Below, piece by piece: positions 27,504 to 41,475 of a stretch of 64,000 bases of DNA (position 1 is its first letter; every line of letters begins with the position of its first letter). Under the pieces are notes generated by a model. The model had not been told where the DNA came from, did not search any database, and saw nothing but the letters and a program-made list of their open reading frames with translations. The DNA is from Chiloscyllium plagiosum (lineage: Eukaryota): the NCBI RefSeq assembly GCF_004010195.1, contig NC_057756.1:2978776-3042775 (forward strand), written 5' to 3'. Both the position numbers and the translations under genes were made by a program.

Positions 27504-27545
27504 ATGAAAGTGAAAACAACTTTTTACCAAAAGCAAAAACCAAAG
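27504..27545 (+). CDS. Candidate 42-nt phase-1 micro-exon, xESENNFLPKAKTK
   Basis: ttttcattttaagctcag| ... AAG|gtatct, open frame. Confidence 0.4.
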
Positions 27546-27777
27546 GTATCTTTCTGATTTCGGGGATGAGAGTCATTTACAGAGAATAAGGTATCATGCA
27601 GTTCGGCATAAGTTGAAAGTTACAGTTCGGAATATGTGTTTGTGCGTTGACTAAGTTTTACTTCATCTTGCTGAGTGACGATAATTTTCATGAAAAGTTC
27701 AGCTTTTGAATTACAGCTCAAGGGCTGATGGGTTAGTCGTGTCCCTTTTTTTCTTTCATGTTATAATTTCCTTGTAG

Positions 27778-27804
27778 GTACGATGCATAAAGTCCTGAAT
27801 AAAG
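27778..27804 (+). pseudogene. Probable dead 27-nt micro-exon, (G)TMHKVLNK, donor damaged
   Basis: Very strong acceptor; after 27 nt the sequence reads AAG|gagtaa, with no GT. Confidence 0.35.
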
Positions 27805-28081
27805 GAGTAACCCAGGAAAAAATAGTCATAATTTCCGTTTTTCTTCGTATTAAAATATGGAGCTGCAGGAACAGTAGACTTCAAATTTCAGATATTCTTT
27901 TTTTTTTGTTAGAATGCAATTGAAGGCCCGGTACTGATTCATGCCAGAGATTCAAAAGCGTCCTAAAGACATATATTGTAACAATTCATGTTAAATAATA
28001 TTTCTTTAAATGAATGTTTATTTACTGAACGTAATTAAGTTATATATTGGACATACCAAGTCAATCTCGAGATTTTCTTAG

Positions 28082-28117
28082 AAATTTTGGCAAAATGAGT
28101 GTGGAAATTTGACACTT
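28082..28117 (+). pseudogene. Possible dead 36-nt micro-exon with in-frame TGA
   Basis: gattttcttag| 36 nt |gttcgt (same donor type as 34957 and 50278); phase 1 reads EILAK*VWKFDT. Confidence 0.3.
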
Positions 28118-29303
28118 GTTCGTTATAATGTGCGTGTAGCCCCGAAAAGCATTGGATAAGTTGTCACAGGGCAGATTCGTGAAGAACTTATGAATGTTTT
28201 AAACAATAGGATGTTGCCAACATATGTGGAATTTCTGTGCTTGAAAAGAATCGGATTTTTTATTAGTGGATTTTCATTAATTACTTTAAGGCTTTATTGA
28301 AGGTGCACTTAATGATTTGCGGGGCCACTGTTATTATTGACATAATTGTTCTTTTAAAAAAAAACATGGTGCATAATATATACTCTAATTGTTGCATATG
28401 ATAAGAAAATAAAAACTTATTGTGAACGCTGTTGATATTCGGGTTGATATCAAAAGGGCAGAAATTGTGGATGGATGAAAAGACCCCTTAAAAATATGCA
28501 GAAAGATTTTAAAAACTCAGTTACGATAATTATTGGCGAGCAGTGAAACTTCTCTTTCTAAATGCAAAGAGAAAGAGTTGAACATTCAATCATTTTAGAG
28601 ATGTTTAAAAGGTTCTAAATAAAGTCAACATCACCATAGGCTGTAATAATAGCCATTCAGACTGGGGGGAAATAGTTTGGAAAAGTATTATGAGAACTTT
28701 TTTTAGCCTTAATTTCGTGTCTTGTTGTATTAATGGTAGCATGCTTCAGATTATTTGCGAAGGCGTGATTTGTTTTGAGAAGAAAACAATTTGCCTGCTG
28801 GGTTGGATATTGAGCGACGTGCAAAAAATAATCAAATGATGAAACAGTCTCTCAGGGAGAATGGGTCATTTTTGAAAGCAGTGTGCATGACATTTTCTTT
28901 CTCTGGCAACACGAACAAAGAAGTCATTCAGTACTGCTTCTGAAATGTTCTCCAATGAGAGATTTCAAATGGTCCAATCACACACTTCGGCAGGTTTATG
29001 GATAGTCCGAGGACATAGTCTAAACAAAACAGGTCTAAAGAGACGTATTTGCCGTGCCAAGAAGTCCATTTTTTCCTTCGAGATCATCACTTCCCCAAAA
29101 CGACCCCAACCCCGTACACCAACGTGGTCACGCCTCCTAAAGATATTTTCCTCAGGTGCAGAATTATTTGATATTTTGATTCTACAAAATATTCTGGCAT
29201 TCTATCCAACATCAGCCGCTATTAGGAAATTGGAATGAAACAGAAGGGAAAAACAATGTGTTTACTCTCCTTCGGTCTGACTTACTTTAATCTTTCGTTT
29301 TAG

Positions 29304-29339
29304 TAATACAAGACTTGAAGAAAAAGTTGGATGATAATG
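29304..29339 (+). CDS. 36-nt phase-1 micro-exon, (V)IQDLKKKLDDN
   Basis: ctttaatctttcgttttag| ... ATG|gtaaca; same hydrophobic register as the 1653 and 12785 exons. Confidence 0.75.
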
Positions 29340-29974
29340 GTAACAACGTTTAAATACGTTTGATTATTCCTTATTATTTTAAAACTTTTGAAAAAGCTTC
29401 ACAAATTAACAATGTGAAAGACAGGCCAGAGACTACCAAATAAATAATCTCGCATACTGTTTCTGTGCTGGCAAAACCTGGCTTTACAGGATATGGTAAG
29501 GTCTAAGTATTTGCATTACTTTTGAAAAAAGACAAAATGCACCCAATTGAAAACAAATCTGGCACGAGAATATCTGATGCGTCATCGTCAGATGACCCTT
29601 TTGGCATGCAATAAAAGTTCCAACATTGCCTCCCAATCTTAATGCGATTTCGAATATTTTGATCTTGGATTGATAAGAATTATAATGTAAAAATAAATTG
29701 GTAATTAAAAATTCATAATTTCAAACAAACAGTTCCGGATTGGCTCGACCATGGTTTGCATGAGGTCCACGTATATCATTAAATCACCAATGCGAATTCT
29801 CAGAACAAGCAGGTAGATTCTGTTGGTCAGAAAAAAAATTACAACGTGGAACGTTCAATATATTTAAAAGGTTTGATTCGCCTACAGAACACATGCTCCT
29901 GAGTAATTATATGTATCAATTCCAGAATACACAAATGCATGGACTATGTTCCCAGCTGATGCTCGTGGAAGTCA

Positions 29975-30275
29975 CAGAATCCTTACAGTATGGAAACAAG
30001 CTATTTGGTGAAACAAGTCCACACTGACGCTCGGAAGAGGAACCAACCCAGACTCATACACCTACATTTAACCCTGGCTAATGCACGTAACTGACACATC
30101 CCTGACGACTATAAGCAACTTAGCGCGGCCAATTCCCCTAATCTGCATATCTTTTGATTGCCGGAGGAAACAGTAGCTCCCGGGAAAACCTACACAGACA
30201 TGGGAAGAATGCGCAATCTCAACGCAGTTGGCCAAAGCTGGAATCGAACTGTGGCTATTGGCGCTGTGAAGCATG
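29975..30275 (-). mobile_element. Diverged HE1-type SINE
   Basis: Collinear with 13495-13798. Confidence 0.8.
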
Positions 30276-32000
30276 AGTTTTCCCTTATAACTTTGCACTG
30301 ACTCAATAATAGTAAATATACACTTTCTAATGGGAGAATAACATCCTGAAAATAAACTTGAGTTAACTGCAAAACACGTAAAAATGTTTGCTGCCCTGAA
30401 ATTGTCATAGAGTCATAGCGATGTACAGCAAACCTTGGGTTCAAGTCTCATCTGCCCAAGACGTCTGTTAAAGCAGATTTCTGCGAAATGATTGCAACAT
30501 ATCTCCAAAAGACGTGTTTATTGCTTCAGTAAGTCTGTGGGATGGCCTTTAAGCAGGATTCAGTCATGATCAATTTCATAAGGGATTATGTAATATTTTA
30601 TTACTCAATTATTATATGTGTGATTCCATTCCAGTGTGATGTTAGTTATGTAGACAGCATATTTAAAGCTTGAAATAAAACAAAATGTTCAATTATCCAA
30701 TAGTATTTGGCAGAGATCCACTTGTGCTCAAAAAGCTTCAAATAGCAAAGTCCAATGACGTGCATCAACATTATGGTCATGTTTTGCAGTGAGAAATAAT
30801 TAATTGAATAACGTATGCTATGCTAGAAGTTACAGTTGAAATCAGTATCACAGCAACAGCCAGATCTCAGTACATTCATTTGCACATACCGCAACATTGA
30901 TAGACAAATAGTCAGGGATTGCACACGTGGGCAAAACAAGAAGTGAATGCTGTCCAAATTTGTTTTCGTTTTTAAAAATAAATCTGTGTTCTAATTCTGA
31001 AAAGGACAAGACAATAAGATGCGACTTTTATTCTCTTGTATTTTATTTATCGAATTTTGTTTTCTTTTCCAATGAAGTATTTCAGTGCAAGTGAAGTATA
31101 TTTTGGCAAAAACGCTTGAATCAACACCAACAAAACGCTGCTGCTTCTATGAACAGCAAAATAGAATGTCAATCCTCAATTGGTGTAAGAGTGATGGAGG
31201 TCATGACGAAACAGTAGAAGGCATATCATAAACGAAACATCAGACAAGCAATTGACCAAGAAGTTTTGCTTCCATTCTTATCATGCCTGCTTCTCCTTGC
31301 CGCAGACTGCAGAGCAGGTTAAGGTGGCACAAAATCACGTTTTTCTTTTTCAGAAATCTGCAGACTGCACGTGTAGTAACATGACAAGTTAGTGTCAATT
31401 AATCCTTATCTCAGCATGGAGATTTCATATTTATCTGCAAATTAGATGAAATTGATTAGTTTCTTCAATGTCCGAGTCTGCAGTAGATACAGTCACGTTT
31501 CAACAATATTGCCAGCTTGTCGATCAAAGTTGAACATTTTCTGCAATCGTTTCAATCATTACAAAGACTGAAATGTACTTTTAAAAGCAACTTGATATGA
31601 GGAATTAAACTCATCTATTTTATCATGAACAAAGCAGAAAGAACAATAGCACACACAGAAAAAGCTTTGAATAGTTTCTAATCTCAATCTATGATTATTC
31701 ACTGTGCATTTATTTCTAAGCTAACTATTGTTGGTGGTGAGTTAGACGGTATTTTCCATAAAGTATTTAGGGAAAAAAAAATACTTTCAGCAGATGGAAG
31801 GAATGTAAATTCATCAGATAAAATAGTTTTCATACCAGTGTCTATTTCTCAGCTGACAAAGTGTTTGGGAAAAATTCTGCCATTAATATCTAAATGTGTA
31901 GGGTGTCTGTGGAATATTGACAACCTGATTGGTTTATTTTAACCATACTGAACAGCCTGTTAACAAGAAATTAAACTTAATTTTGCACTATTTGAAACAG

Positions 32001-32027
32001 CACAGACACAGAAAAGGAAGAAAAGGC
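32001..32027 (+). CDS. 27-nt phase-1 micro-exon, (A)QTQKRKKR
   Basis: ttttgcactatttgaaacag| ... C|gtacgt, open frame. Confidence 0.5.
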
Positions 32028-32166
32028 GTACGTACTTTGCAATAAATATCCGAGAACGGAACTTTTTCACATGCAAAAGAACATTCTGTTTAAATATATA
32101 AGATAAAGAATAGTACAGTAATCAGCAATTAACGACTTTAATCTTTGTTTTCAACGAACATTTCAG

Positions 32167-32193
32167 CTGATTCAGTGGAATGTCGAGAAGTTG
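32167..32193 (+). CDS. 27-nt phase-1 micro-exon, xDSVECREV
   Basis: tttgttttcaacgaacatttcag| ... G|gtaagt. An in-frame alternative acceptor 9 nt inside would give 18 nt. Confidence 0.65.
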
Positions 32194-34336
32194 GTAAGTT
32201 GTAACCTATGTAATGCATCGTACTATCTGGTGAAATTTAAAAGAAAGAGATGCCACCTTCACTTGAAGTCACAAACGGGAAGCTATTACATTCAATTTAC
32301 CACGTGTGTCCAGTCTGAACATTATGACATTGGCATATACATTACTGGTGAGACATTTATGTAAAACTGCATAGAATTAAAAGATAAAGATCATTAAATT
32401 TAGCGAATGCTTTGAAGTTTCTCAAGCATATGAAACTAATTTCAATCAGATTGTTCTAAATGTATTTTGACTTTAACACTCTAAGCCTTCCCTTATTCGC
32501 ACCACATTCTTTTTACCTATCCAATGCACAACAATGAAAGCAAACATCTGCTAATGAATCAACATTTTTGTAAGCCAGAAGGAAAGAGAAATAATGTGAA
32601 ATGAGAACATAAGTAAAGTTTTTTAAATACTCATTCAAATCGATTCAGGCCTAATGCAAGAAACCAGGATGGAATATGTCCGGGTTTTCCACCAGATATG
32701 ATGCAGTTTAATTTGAAGCGATCACATCAACGAAGGGTTCATAATTAAATCACTTGTACTTATCCTTCCTTTTCCTGTCTCATATCCATAGAGCTCACAT
32801 TCATCTTTACATGTGTTACTACTTGTTCATCAAGATTTCGTGACATGATTCTGAATGTCACAGAGACATCTGGAGATGGACATTTGGCGAATTCAAGCAA
32901 TGTGTGAAGACACATGCCATCCAGCCAAAAGCAGCTTGTTGTTTTTTTCTTATTTATATATTTTTTAAATGACACTAATGTGGAGTTTCCGAACGTTTAC
33001 GAAAATTATTTTAAGGATATATTTTGCACCATACTTCCTTTCACGCAAAATAGATTTAGTAGCAAATAATTAACACACAGAATGCTCACAACGCAAATAA
33101 ACACATTGTGGCAGCATTAATCGGTTACTAAATATCAGAACAAAAAGTTGATTGAGCTCGACGGTTGCTCAGTCTCAATTTGCTCACATTGTGTCTTTTG
33201 ACGATTAGGTGAGTAGAAGCAATTGTAAAGTAGATTGCGTATTTACTTAGAAATGCAGGATAACATACCACTACTCCTCAATCACAATTCAGCATAATTG
33301 GTAAATCAGTTGCCTGTGAAACACAGTGATATACAGCTGTCAGCAACATTCAATTAAGGTGCAACATGTTCCCTTCAATGTGCCAGCTTTCATTATGTCT
33401 AAATGAATTTGATATCACTGCAGGGGTGTGGCGAGAGTTGCCCTAAGTCTGTAAAATTATTGCTGACATCAAAGCTGTCTGCACCACACCATCTTAAAGC
33501 ACCTTTTCTTTAAAAAAAAGAAAAAGTCGTTGACAAATACTTCTCAAACATTTCATTGGCTCTCTCACACTTACTCGGTTTTATGATGTTTTGCTTTGGT
33601 GGAGTCCAAATTTACTCTGTGTTATTGCGACAATGATGAGACTGACCATTGTGAGCAATGTTGCAAGTTAATTCAGTTCCCTCGTAAATACAGTATTGTT
33701 GACAATCTCAGTGAAGTTCGAAAAAACTAACTTTAGACAGTGAAGAAAGAAGGTATTGCCGTTCTGCTGAGTGAATGGATGTTCATTGATACTTTAGGAA
33801 GTTAATTCCCATGTTGATTATCGATCAATCCCACCTGACATCCCACAGTGGACCAAAAAGGAAAACAAAAAGTACGTTCACATAAACCAGAACTTGTTTT
33901 AAAGTACCCGCAGCAATAAAATTACTCAAACTGAAACGGAAGGCTTTTGTGATACCAAATGATTAACTTACAAGTTTTGCCAGGTGCAACGTACATTTTG
34001 AAAAGGACAATTTTAGCAGCAATCTCACATTCGTTACATACCACTCGCACAGTCAGTCTCCACAGTAATTCTCCCAATACTCAGAGTATATTTCAATCAA
34101 TTAACGTTTTCTGTCCATGCATATTGAAACTCTTCTTCCCTTCATGATCTTTCATGGAAATCTCATGATATACAAATATGTTTCTTAAGGCAAACTCTTG
34201 CCTCTTTTTATGACTTTTTGTTTGAATTTTGGTAACACCGTGATTCTGGGTTTTATGACCAACATCTACGTGAAACAAATATGGAATTGGACTATCATAT
34301 AATTATTCGTATCCAATTGTTACTCCTTTCGTTCAG

Positions 34337-34363
34337 AGCTTCAAGATCTTCTCCAACGTACTA
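34337..34363 (+). CDS. 27-nt phase-1 micro-exon, (E)LQDLLQRT
   Basis: tactcctttcgttcag| ... A|gtaagc, open frame. Confidence 0.7.
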
Positions 34364-34930
34364 GTAAGCAACTTCACATATGAAAAGACATCAAACATGA
34401 TATACGACGGGTGATAAAATCTGAAAGTAACAGCAAAGTATCTGAAATAGCTCTTCGTTGATAAAATAAAACAATTACTTGTAAATGGATGCGAAACAGG
34501 ACCAAATAATGTTTAATGCTGTCCACGGTGCTGATCTTTCAGCAGTAGTTGGAGTTCAGAATTTCTTTTGTTCTAATGTTTTGCAATATTAGTATTTCAA
34601 AATAATTATTGACTCTCATTTGGAATAATTGGATTATGTACTGCGAGATGATTTATCCAAACTATGCCTTGTTCCAAAAATACATATTTTGAAAGGAAAG
34701 TCGAATCTCTGTAATAGACATAGAATGGAATGAATTTCAAAGTAAAGGATTATGAAGTCTTTCCTAAAAGGGACAATGCGACAAAAGATAACACTGCTTT
34801 AAATAAATGGCGAGTGAGAGAAGCGTGGAACATAAATAATTCATGTTGGAAATCGTTTTAAGTCCTATGCATGGAAGTTATTTGCATGTCATAAAATATA
34901 GGTCTTTGTGTTTTCTTTTTCGTCATTCAG

Positions 34931-34957
34931 TGGACACATTATTTGAGAAAGAGAAAG
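34931..34957 (+). CDS. 27-nt phase-1 micro-exon, xDTLFEKEK
   Basis: gtgttttcttttcgtcattcag| ... AAG|gttcgt, open frame. Confidence 0.65.
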
Positions 34958-36132
34958 GTTCGTGCTCCATAGAAATGTGCTGACATGGCAACGTTAAAAC
35001 CAGTGCAAATAATAAAACAAAAATAAAGAATGGCCAAGCTATAGTACGTTATTTCTCCTAATGTGTGAAATTCAATGCTGTATTGGATGCTGTTGCCATA
35101 CACACCCGCTGTACTTGTTTAAAGGCGATTGAATCCAGTCCTAAATATTAAAGTATCGCCATGCCCTACGATGATAAGTCAAGAGTTTAGTTTTGATGGT
35201 AGAGTCGAAAGCATCTGAGAACCATTTTGCAAATCTTGTTATGAACGAACGAAATCCACTGAATTCTGTTTGCATATGGAATATGTGTTTTTCCTTTGTT
35301 TCATAGATGAGGAAAACGAGGGCAACTTAATATTAATTTGTGAGATTTTGATAAATGTCAAACCCTCTGCACCTATAAGATATACAGAAGAGATATGAGT
35401 GCGCTCAAACATGAATGTCAAATATTATAGACTTTCTATATCATGTAGAAGGATTTGCTAAGATTTGTCATAAAATTTCCATTTATCGTATTATAATCTA
35501 CGATTTTCTTTCAGAGAAAGTTGTCGAATAATTTCTCTATGCCAAAAACATTTTTAAATATTATATGTTCAGGACGGTGCAGAAATAAATCTGTTAGCAA
35601 TTTTTTAAATATCTTAAATAGCATGCAACAATCTCAACTTCGGCATTCAAGTAAATCAAAACGTTTATTGCTGCGATCATCCTTTTTCCTTTTAATTATT
35701 CTGATCTTTTTTAGAAAGTCTTCCTGTAGTTGAATTTAGCTATGTTCAATGTTAATGGAGAACAAAGGCAATGCTTGTAGCTTTTCAATATATTTTATTT
35801 CTGGCCCACGACTGATAACTGTTGTTGATATACTAGCACGTTTTTCCAGAGACAGAATGCATTATAACGATCAATATGATTGGCATTGCTGTCCAGTTTA
35901 TTCACTGACATTGTTTTTGAAAAAAAAAACGGAGATCAGGGTTGCACCTGCAGCTTACTGTAGGTTACGGAAATTCCGCAGATGTTGTTGTTTTAGCATT
36001 AAATTCTACTGCAGATTCAGAAAAAAACAATGAAACTTCCAAATAATTCAAAACACAAATGCATCAACATTGACAGAACACAAAACACACCAGCCTAAGT
36101 GAGTATTATTTCTGATTTTTCATTATTATCAG

Positions 36133-36168
36133 TTCTGAGAATTGGTGAAGAATTTCCAAAGAATAATG
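36133..36168 (+). CDS. 36-nt phase-1 micro-exon, (V)LRIGEEFPKNN
   Basis: tctgatttttcattattatcag| ... ATG|gtaaga; the 3' end ataatg|gtaa is shared with the 29304 exon. Confidence 0.7.
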
Positions 36169-36834
36169 GTAAGAGCTACTATTCTCGAGCTTCTGTAATT
36201 TACGAGGAATATTCAATCTGCAGTGGAACATTCCTTGAAAATGTCGTACATAGACACAAATCTCTTTGTTCCCTCAATATGGAAGTTGATCTTTGCCTGT
36301 GTTTATTCATGACACTGACACTTGGAATCTTTCAAAATGTTTGACTCCAATGGCGAATCGTCGTTTGTGAGCATTCTTCATATATGTGATTTCGTACAGA
36401 TTTGCATTTCTAGTAGAAACATTTTGCCAGTTTATCTCATTTTCGTTGCTTCTCCTGTGTGAAAGTATTCCGGTTTTTGAATTCACCTCTGAATAGTTCT
36501 TGATCACTCATTTGATTCCAGAATATCATATCCCGCTAAATACTTTCTGCCTTGTTTATACAATGTTCGCTGCTAGATTACCCATTCACAATGCTTCTCG
36601 GTGATGCTTGGATATGTTGCTTGTAACTAATTAATAATCACTTTTCCTCGCCCACAAACCATCCCTCATTAAATATCCGCCTGAAAAGTCAACTCTCGTA
36701 TTCTGCTTATGCTGCTTGATTGCTGTACTTTTACCAGCTCCTTATTTTATTGGTTCTTGTCATCAAATGCGCTGCTCCCCCACATATAGCACAATTTACA
36801 CCTAATAGTCTCCCTTAGCAGTTGTTCATTGTCC

Positions 36835-39700
36835 TGCTGTGTCATACAGTCAGATTCATACAGTCTATCAGCACAGAGACACGCCCTTTGGACAAACTGT
36901 TTCATCCCGACCAAAGTGTCTGCATATGCTAACCCCAATCCCCTGCATTTGGCTCATATCCATCAAACATTTGCTATTCACCTATTTGTCTAAATGCGTT
37001 TTGAATATTATTCATGCATGCTTCTCAGTGATTTTCACTGACAGTTCATTCCAGATGCATAACACCTTCTCTGTTAAAACATTACCTGCCAGGTTCCCTT
37101 TTATTCTTTGCCCTCTAACGCGAAAATGATGCATTCTAGCCTTGCTCATGATCTTATACACGTCTGTACGATTTCCCCTCAGTGTCTGACATTATAACAA
37201 AATCTTGCACAAAATCTTCCAATAATCCAGATTCTTGAGTACTCGCATCATCCCTGCAAATTTCCTCTGCACTCTTTCCTGTTCGATAACGTACTTCCTA
37301 TTGTGACATAATCAAGACTGAACAAAATATTTCAAATATAGCCTTACCAATGTCCTGTACAACAGCAACATAACTTCCTACCTCCTATCCTCACTGCCGT
37401 GAGTGATGAAGACCAGTGTGTCATCTTCTTTACTGCCCTATCCACCTATGACTATAATTTTGGAGAACACTGCACCAAGAAATTAAGAACTCAAGATCCC
37501 TGTGTTCCACTACACTTCTTATGGTCGTGCGATTCTCCATGAAACTCTGATTTTGATTTGACTTTCCAAAATACAACGTTTATTCCTTTCTGAAATGCCA
37601 TTTGCCATTTCTCGGCCAGCATCCACAGATGTTCTGAGTTCTGCTGCAATTTCTGATAATCTTCCTCACTGTCCATGATAATAGCTATTTCAGTTCAGTC
37701 TGCAAACATAAGAATCATGCCTTGTACATTCTCATCAAATCATTGATGTAGAGAACAAACAGCAATTGGCCAGCACCAAACCTTGAGACACTCCACTAGT
37801 CACGGGCCTTCAGTCCGACAGGCATCATACCAACATATCCCTCGGCTTCATGCAATCAAGCCAATAGTGTATGTATTTTGCCAGTTCCCGCGGATTCCAT
37901 GAAATCTAACCTTCCAGAGCAGTTTACCATGTGAAATCATATCAAATGCCGTTTTGAAATCCTTATCGACTATATCTACTCATTTTCCCTCGTCAAGCTT
38001 TCTGGTAATTTCTTCAAAGAAATCTAACGCATGTGTGAAACGTGATCGCCCATGACAAAGCCGTACTGACTATTCCGAAACAAACTCTGTTTTTCCACAT
38101 GCATATACATCTTGTCTCTCAGAATTTTCTTTATTTACGTTCCCATCAAACATGTTTAGCTTATTGGTGAAAAATCTCCAGTTTTCTTTTTCTTTTGGTA
38201 CCCTTTTTCAGTAAGTGAACAACATTCGCTACCTTCCAGTCTTTCTGGAGCACAGCTGTGATTAACAATAATACAAAAAATATCAGCCTGGGCACAGCAA
38301 TTTCTTTGCTAAATTCTTGCAGTGTTCCTGGATATATCTGGTCCCGAAAAGAGATTTATCCCATTTCATGAATTGTGTTATATCCAAACATTCCACGAAT
38401 GTGACAGGAACTGTGCCCAAAATATGATGACCAACATCGTCAAGTTCCTATGTCTTCACATCTTTGTTCATGGTTAACACAAAGCAAAAACAATTTACTG
38501 AGGTATTTGCCCATCTCCTGCCCTTCTAGCCATACATGTCGACTTTAGTCCTTGAAGTGTCCTATTCTCTCTCCAGTTATTGGTATGCATTTAATGCACT
38601 TCAATAACATTTTTTGGATTGACCAAATCTCCTTAGCCAAGGCGATCTCACGTCCCCTTTTTGCTCTGCTGATTTCCTTCTTAAGTAAACTCTTTTATCA
38701 TCTACATAGCCTCCATGCATTCGCTTGATCCTCGCTGCGTCGATCTGAGCCATGCCTTCTTATGTTTCTCTGATCAAAAAATCAACATCTCTTGTCTTCC
38801 AATATTGCCTATTTCTGTGAAATTTGCCCTTCTCCCTTAAAGGAAAAAGAAAGAACTCTAGAGATCGTATTTTAAAGGCCTCCATCTTGACAGAGGTCCT
38901 TGTGCCTGCAAAGAAAATATTCCAATAAACTCCTGGAAACCGTTTCTAAATCTATCAATGTTCGACTTGCTCGAATATAAAACTTCAACTACACATTCAT
39001 TTGCCATATCCATCTATTCTTACCCTCACTAGCAGCTACACTAGAAGACATTTGGAGTTGATGACCGTCGACGTCCTGGATTTTAACTTTTCTTCTCGAT
39101 CTCTCGTCACTCCACAGGACATCATTGCTATGTTGACCTATATCCTTTCTGACAAAGTGCACACTGACCTCTAGCTTCGCAGCCTTCTGCTTGAGCACGA
39201 CCTGCAGCCACTCAGAGACATCCTGGATGAGGCAACACACCATCCTCGATTCACGTTTGCGCACACAGGATCTTCTGAGCATCCCTATAACTATTGAGTC
39301 TCGTCTCACTAACATTATGTTTAAGTTCACACTTTATGACTGCACTGCAAAGTCAGGTATAGTAACAAGGAACTTGGAACTGTTGCTTAACATTGAACAG
39401 TCATCATCCCAACAGTACCTAAAACGGTGTAATTTTTTCGAGGGAAATGATCACAGGTGATTCTTGCACTCTCTGCCTACTCCCTTTGCGTTTCCTTATG
39501 GTCTCTCAGCTGTTCTAAGCCTGCGCTTAAAGTGTGACCACCTTTGTAGATCCCTTATCTATGAAAGGCTCAGCACCTCAAATGACCCTAAAAGCATCCA
39601 GCCGTAACTCTAGCTCTCCACACAGTCTCCCAGGAGCTGAAGCTGGTACACTTCCCACAGTTGCATCATCAGACACTCTAATCGTTACCCACTTTTTGTC
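36835..39700 (-). mobile_element. Degenerate, internally deleted CR1 LINE (ORF1 esterase and ORF2 remnants)
   Basis: DSEEDYQKLQQ...AEKWQMAF (ORF2) and MLVRRDSIVIGM...SRMVCCL (SGNH-like ORF1). Confidence 0.85.
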
Positions 39701-41384
39701 TTCCCAACGTTTTTTTCCCTGTCTTTGGACTCTATCTCCATCAATTAGCCTTCCCCAATCCTTCCACTATATCTTCGTGATAAAAAGTCATAACTCACCT
39801 AATCACCATTCGAAGATACGTCACTCCCCTCAAAATGTTAACTCTGATTCCTCTGAGCAGATACTACCAGATCCGACGAGATTTCCTATCGAGTTCTCTT
39901 TGCACTTCTTCTCTATCACGGGTGTCAAATTAAACTGAATTGAGTAATTATCTCGAGATATTTAGTATCATTCCCTAAATGTTACAGGCGATTGAATATC
40001 GCTTACCCCTTGCATTCCAACTGTTGCATAAACCTAGCTATGCATTCCACTTACATTGTTCACTGGCAGTTGTGGCTTATACTTTTTGAACAAAATTGTA
40101 CATCAAAGCAAACTTCGACTGTTCATGATTAATATACGAGTATGTAGGGTTCAGGGTGGACACGGGTGAGTGCTAAAAGGAGGAATCATGCTGAATCCCT
40201 GTCAGCGATGTAGAACATTCAACCATAAATTCGAATCTTTTGTGTTGTTTTTCAATTCGACCTCAGGTGATTCACAATCGTCATTGTTTCTCATTTCTTG
40301 ATAACTGTGCCTTCTGGATCTGTGTTGCTTCTGTCAATACTTTCAGCCATTTATCTGTACATACCAGTTTCGATAACTGAACCATTTGATCGAAATTAAA
40401 CGGTAATTCACATGAAGATCTAATCAGTCTCCTGTGGAAGTTAGGTTTAATGCCAATTCAATAAGAATAACGAATGATGTTGAGACGCTATTCAGTATTC
40501 AAATAACAATTCATAGATGTTTCGCAGTCTTGTACCGAATTGGAAAAAAAAAGTCCAAATTTCGGAAACTAGATTAAGATTCTATCAGCAGTTTAAATAA
40601 ATTTCCTGATCTTACCAGTCCCCGATGATCTTTGACTGACAATGTCAATTACTTTAAATTTTTCGAGTGAAGCATTCAACTCAACAAAGCTAGATCTCTT
40701 CGCTTTGCTGAGCCTAAACATTCTCCACGGCCAGTAAAAATAAATTGTCTTTTTTTGTAATGATTTGGTATAATTAATTGAAAGCACTGTAGCGAGTTTA
40801 TGGTCTTAGACATGCAGTTTTCAGTTTAACGTGTATTGGCAATGCCAGGATATGAACGACGGGATCAGCAAATAATTATTTTCCATAATTAATATGATTT
40901 CTTTAGTAATGATCACAGAAAGTTGTTTAGCATGATATCATGATGGCTCCAAGAACAACATGTGCAGAAATCCGCCCACCACAACCACTACACTGGGAAA
41001 TAAGTTAAACAAAGGAAAATTATGAATGGAGTAAAAACTGGGTAACAGCACGTCGCAGAATATACTTAGTTTAAAGATGTTTATCTTGATTTTCCAATGT
41101 AACAAGTGTTCGCAGCATGTCAATGGCATCAATCACGTTTTAGATAGCCTCCAGAGCCTGCACTCTGCAAAAGAGGAGGAAGAAGAATGAAAAGACACTT
41201 TTTATTCTTCCTCAATTAACTTCAGGCATAGATGATTTGATCAATAACAGGACGGGTGGCACTTGTTTCCAATCTGCCCTTCTGAAGACCATGTTCATGT
41301 TTGATTTATTTTTACAGGTAGATGACTTCATTATAATCTTGCATCTAAGCCCTTTAACAAACGAATGGTTTTGGACTGGATCTA

Positions 41385-41475
41385 TGATTCTTGATGAAGG
41401 GCTTTTGGCCGTAATGTCGATTCTCCTGTTCCTCAGATGTTGCCTGACCTGCTGTGATTTTTCAGCACCACACTA
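41385..41475 (+). repeat. Single arm of the Penelope-derived palindromic element
   Basis: ttgatgaagggcttttggccgtaatgtcgattctcctg...cagcaccacact. Confidence 0.75.

Larger units (their letters stand above)
27399..28278 (+). repeat. Direct repeat of about 95 bp (27399-27493 and 28184-28278)
   Basis: gaacttatgaatgttttaaacaatagg..gttgccaacatatgtggaatttctg.gcttgaaaag.atcggattttttatt..tggattttcatt occurs twice with about 6 mismatches. Confidence 0.92.

Noticed and set aside
33173..33208. 36-nt AG..gtgagt unit
   Set aside because: No pyrimidine tract, and a stop in phase 1.
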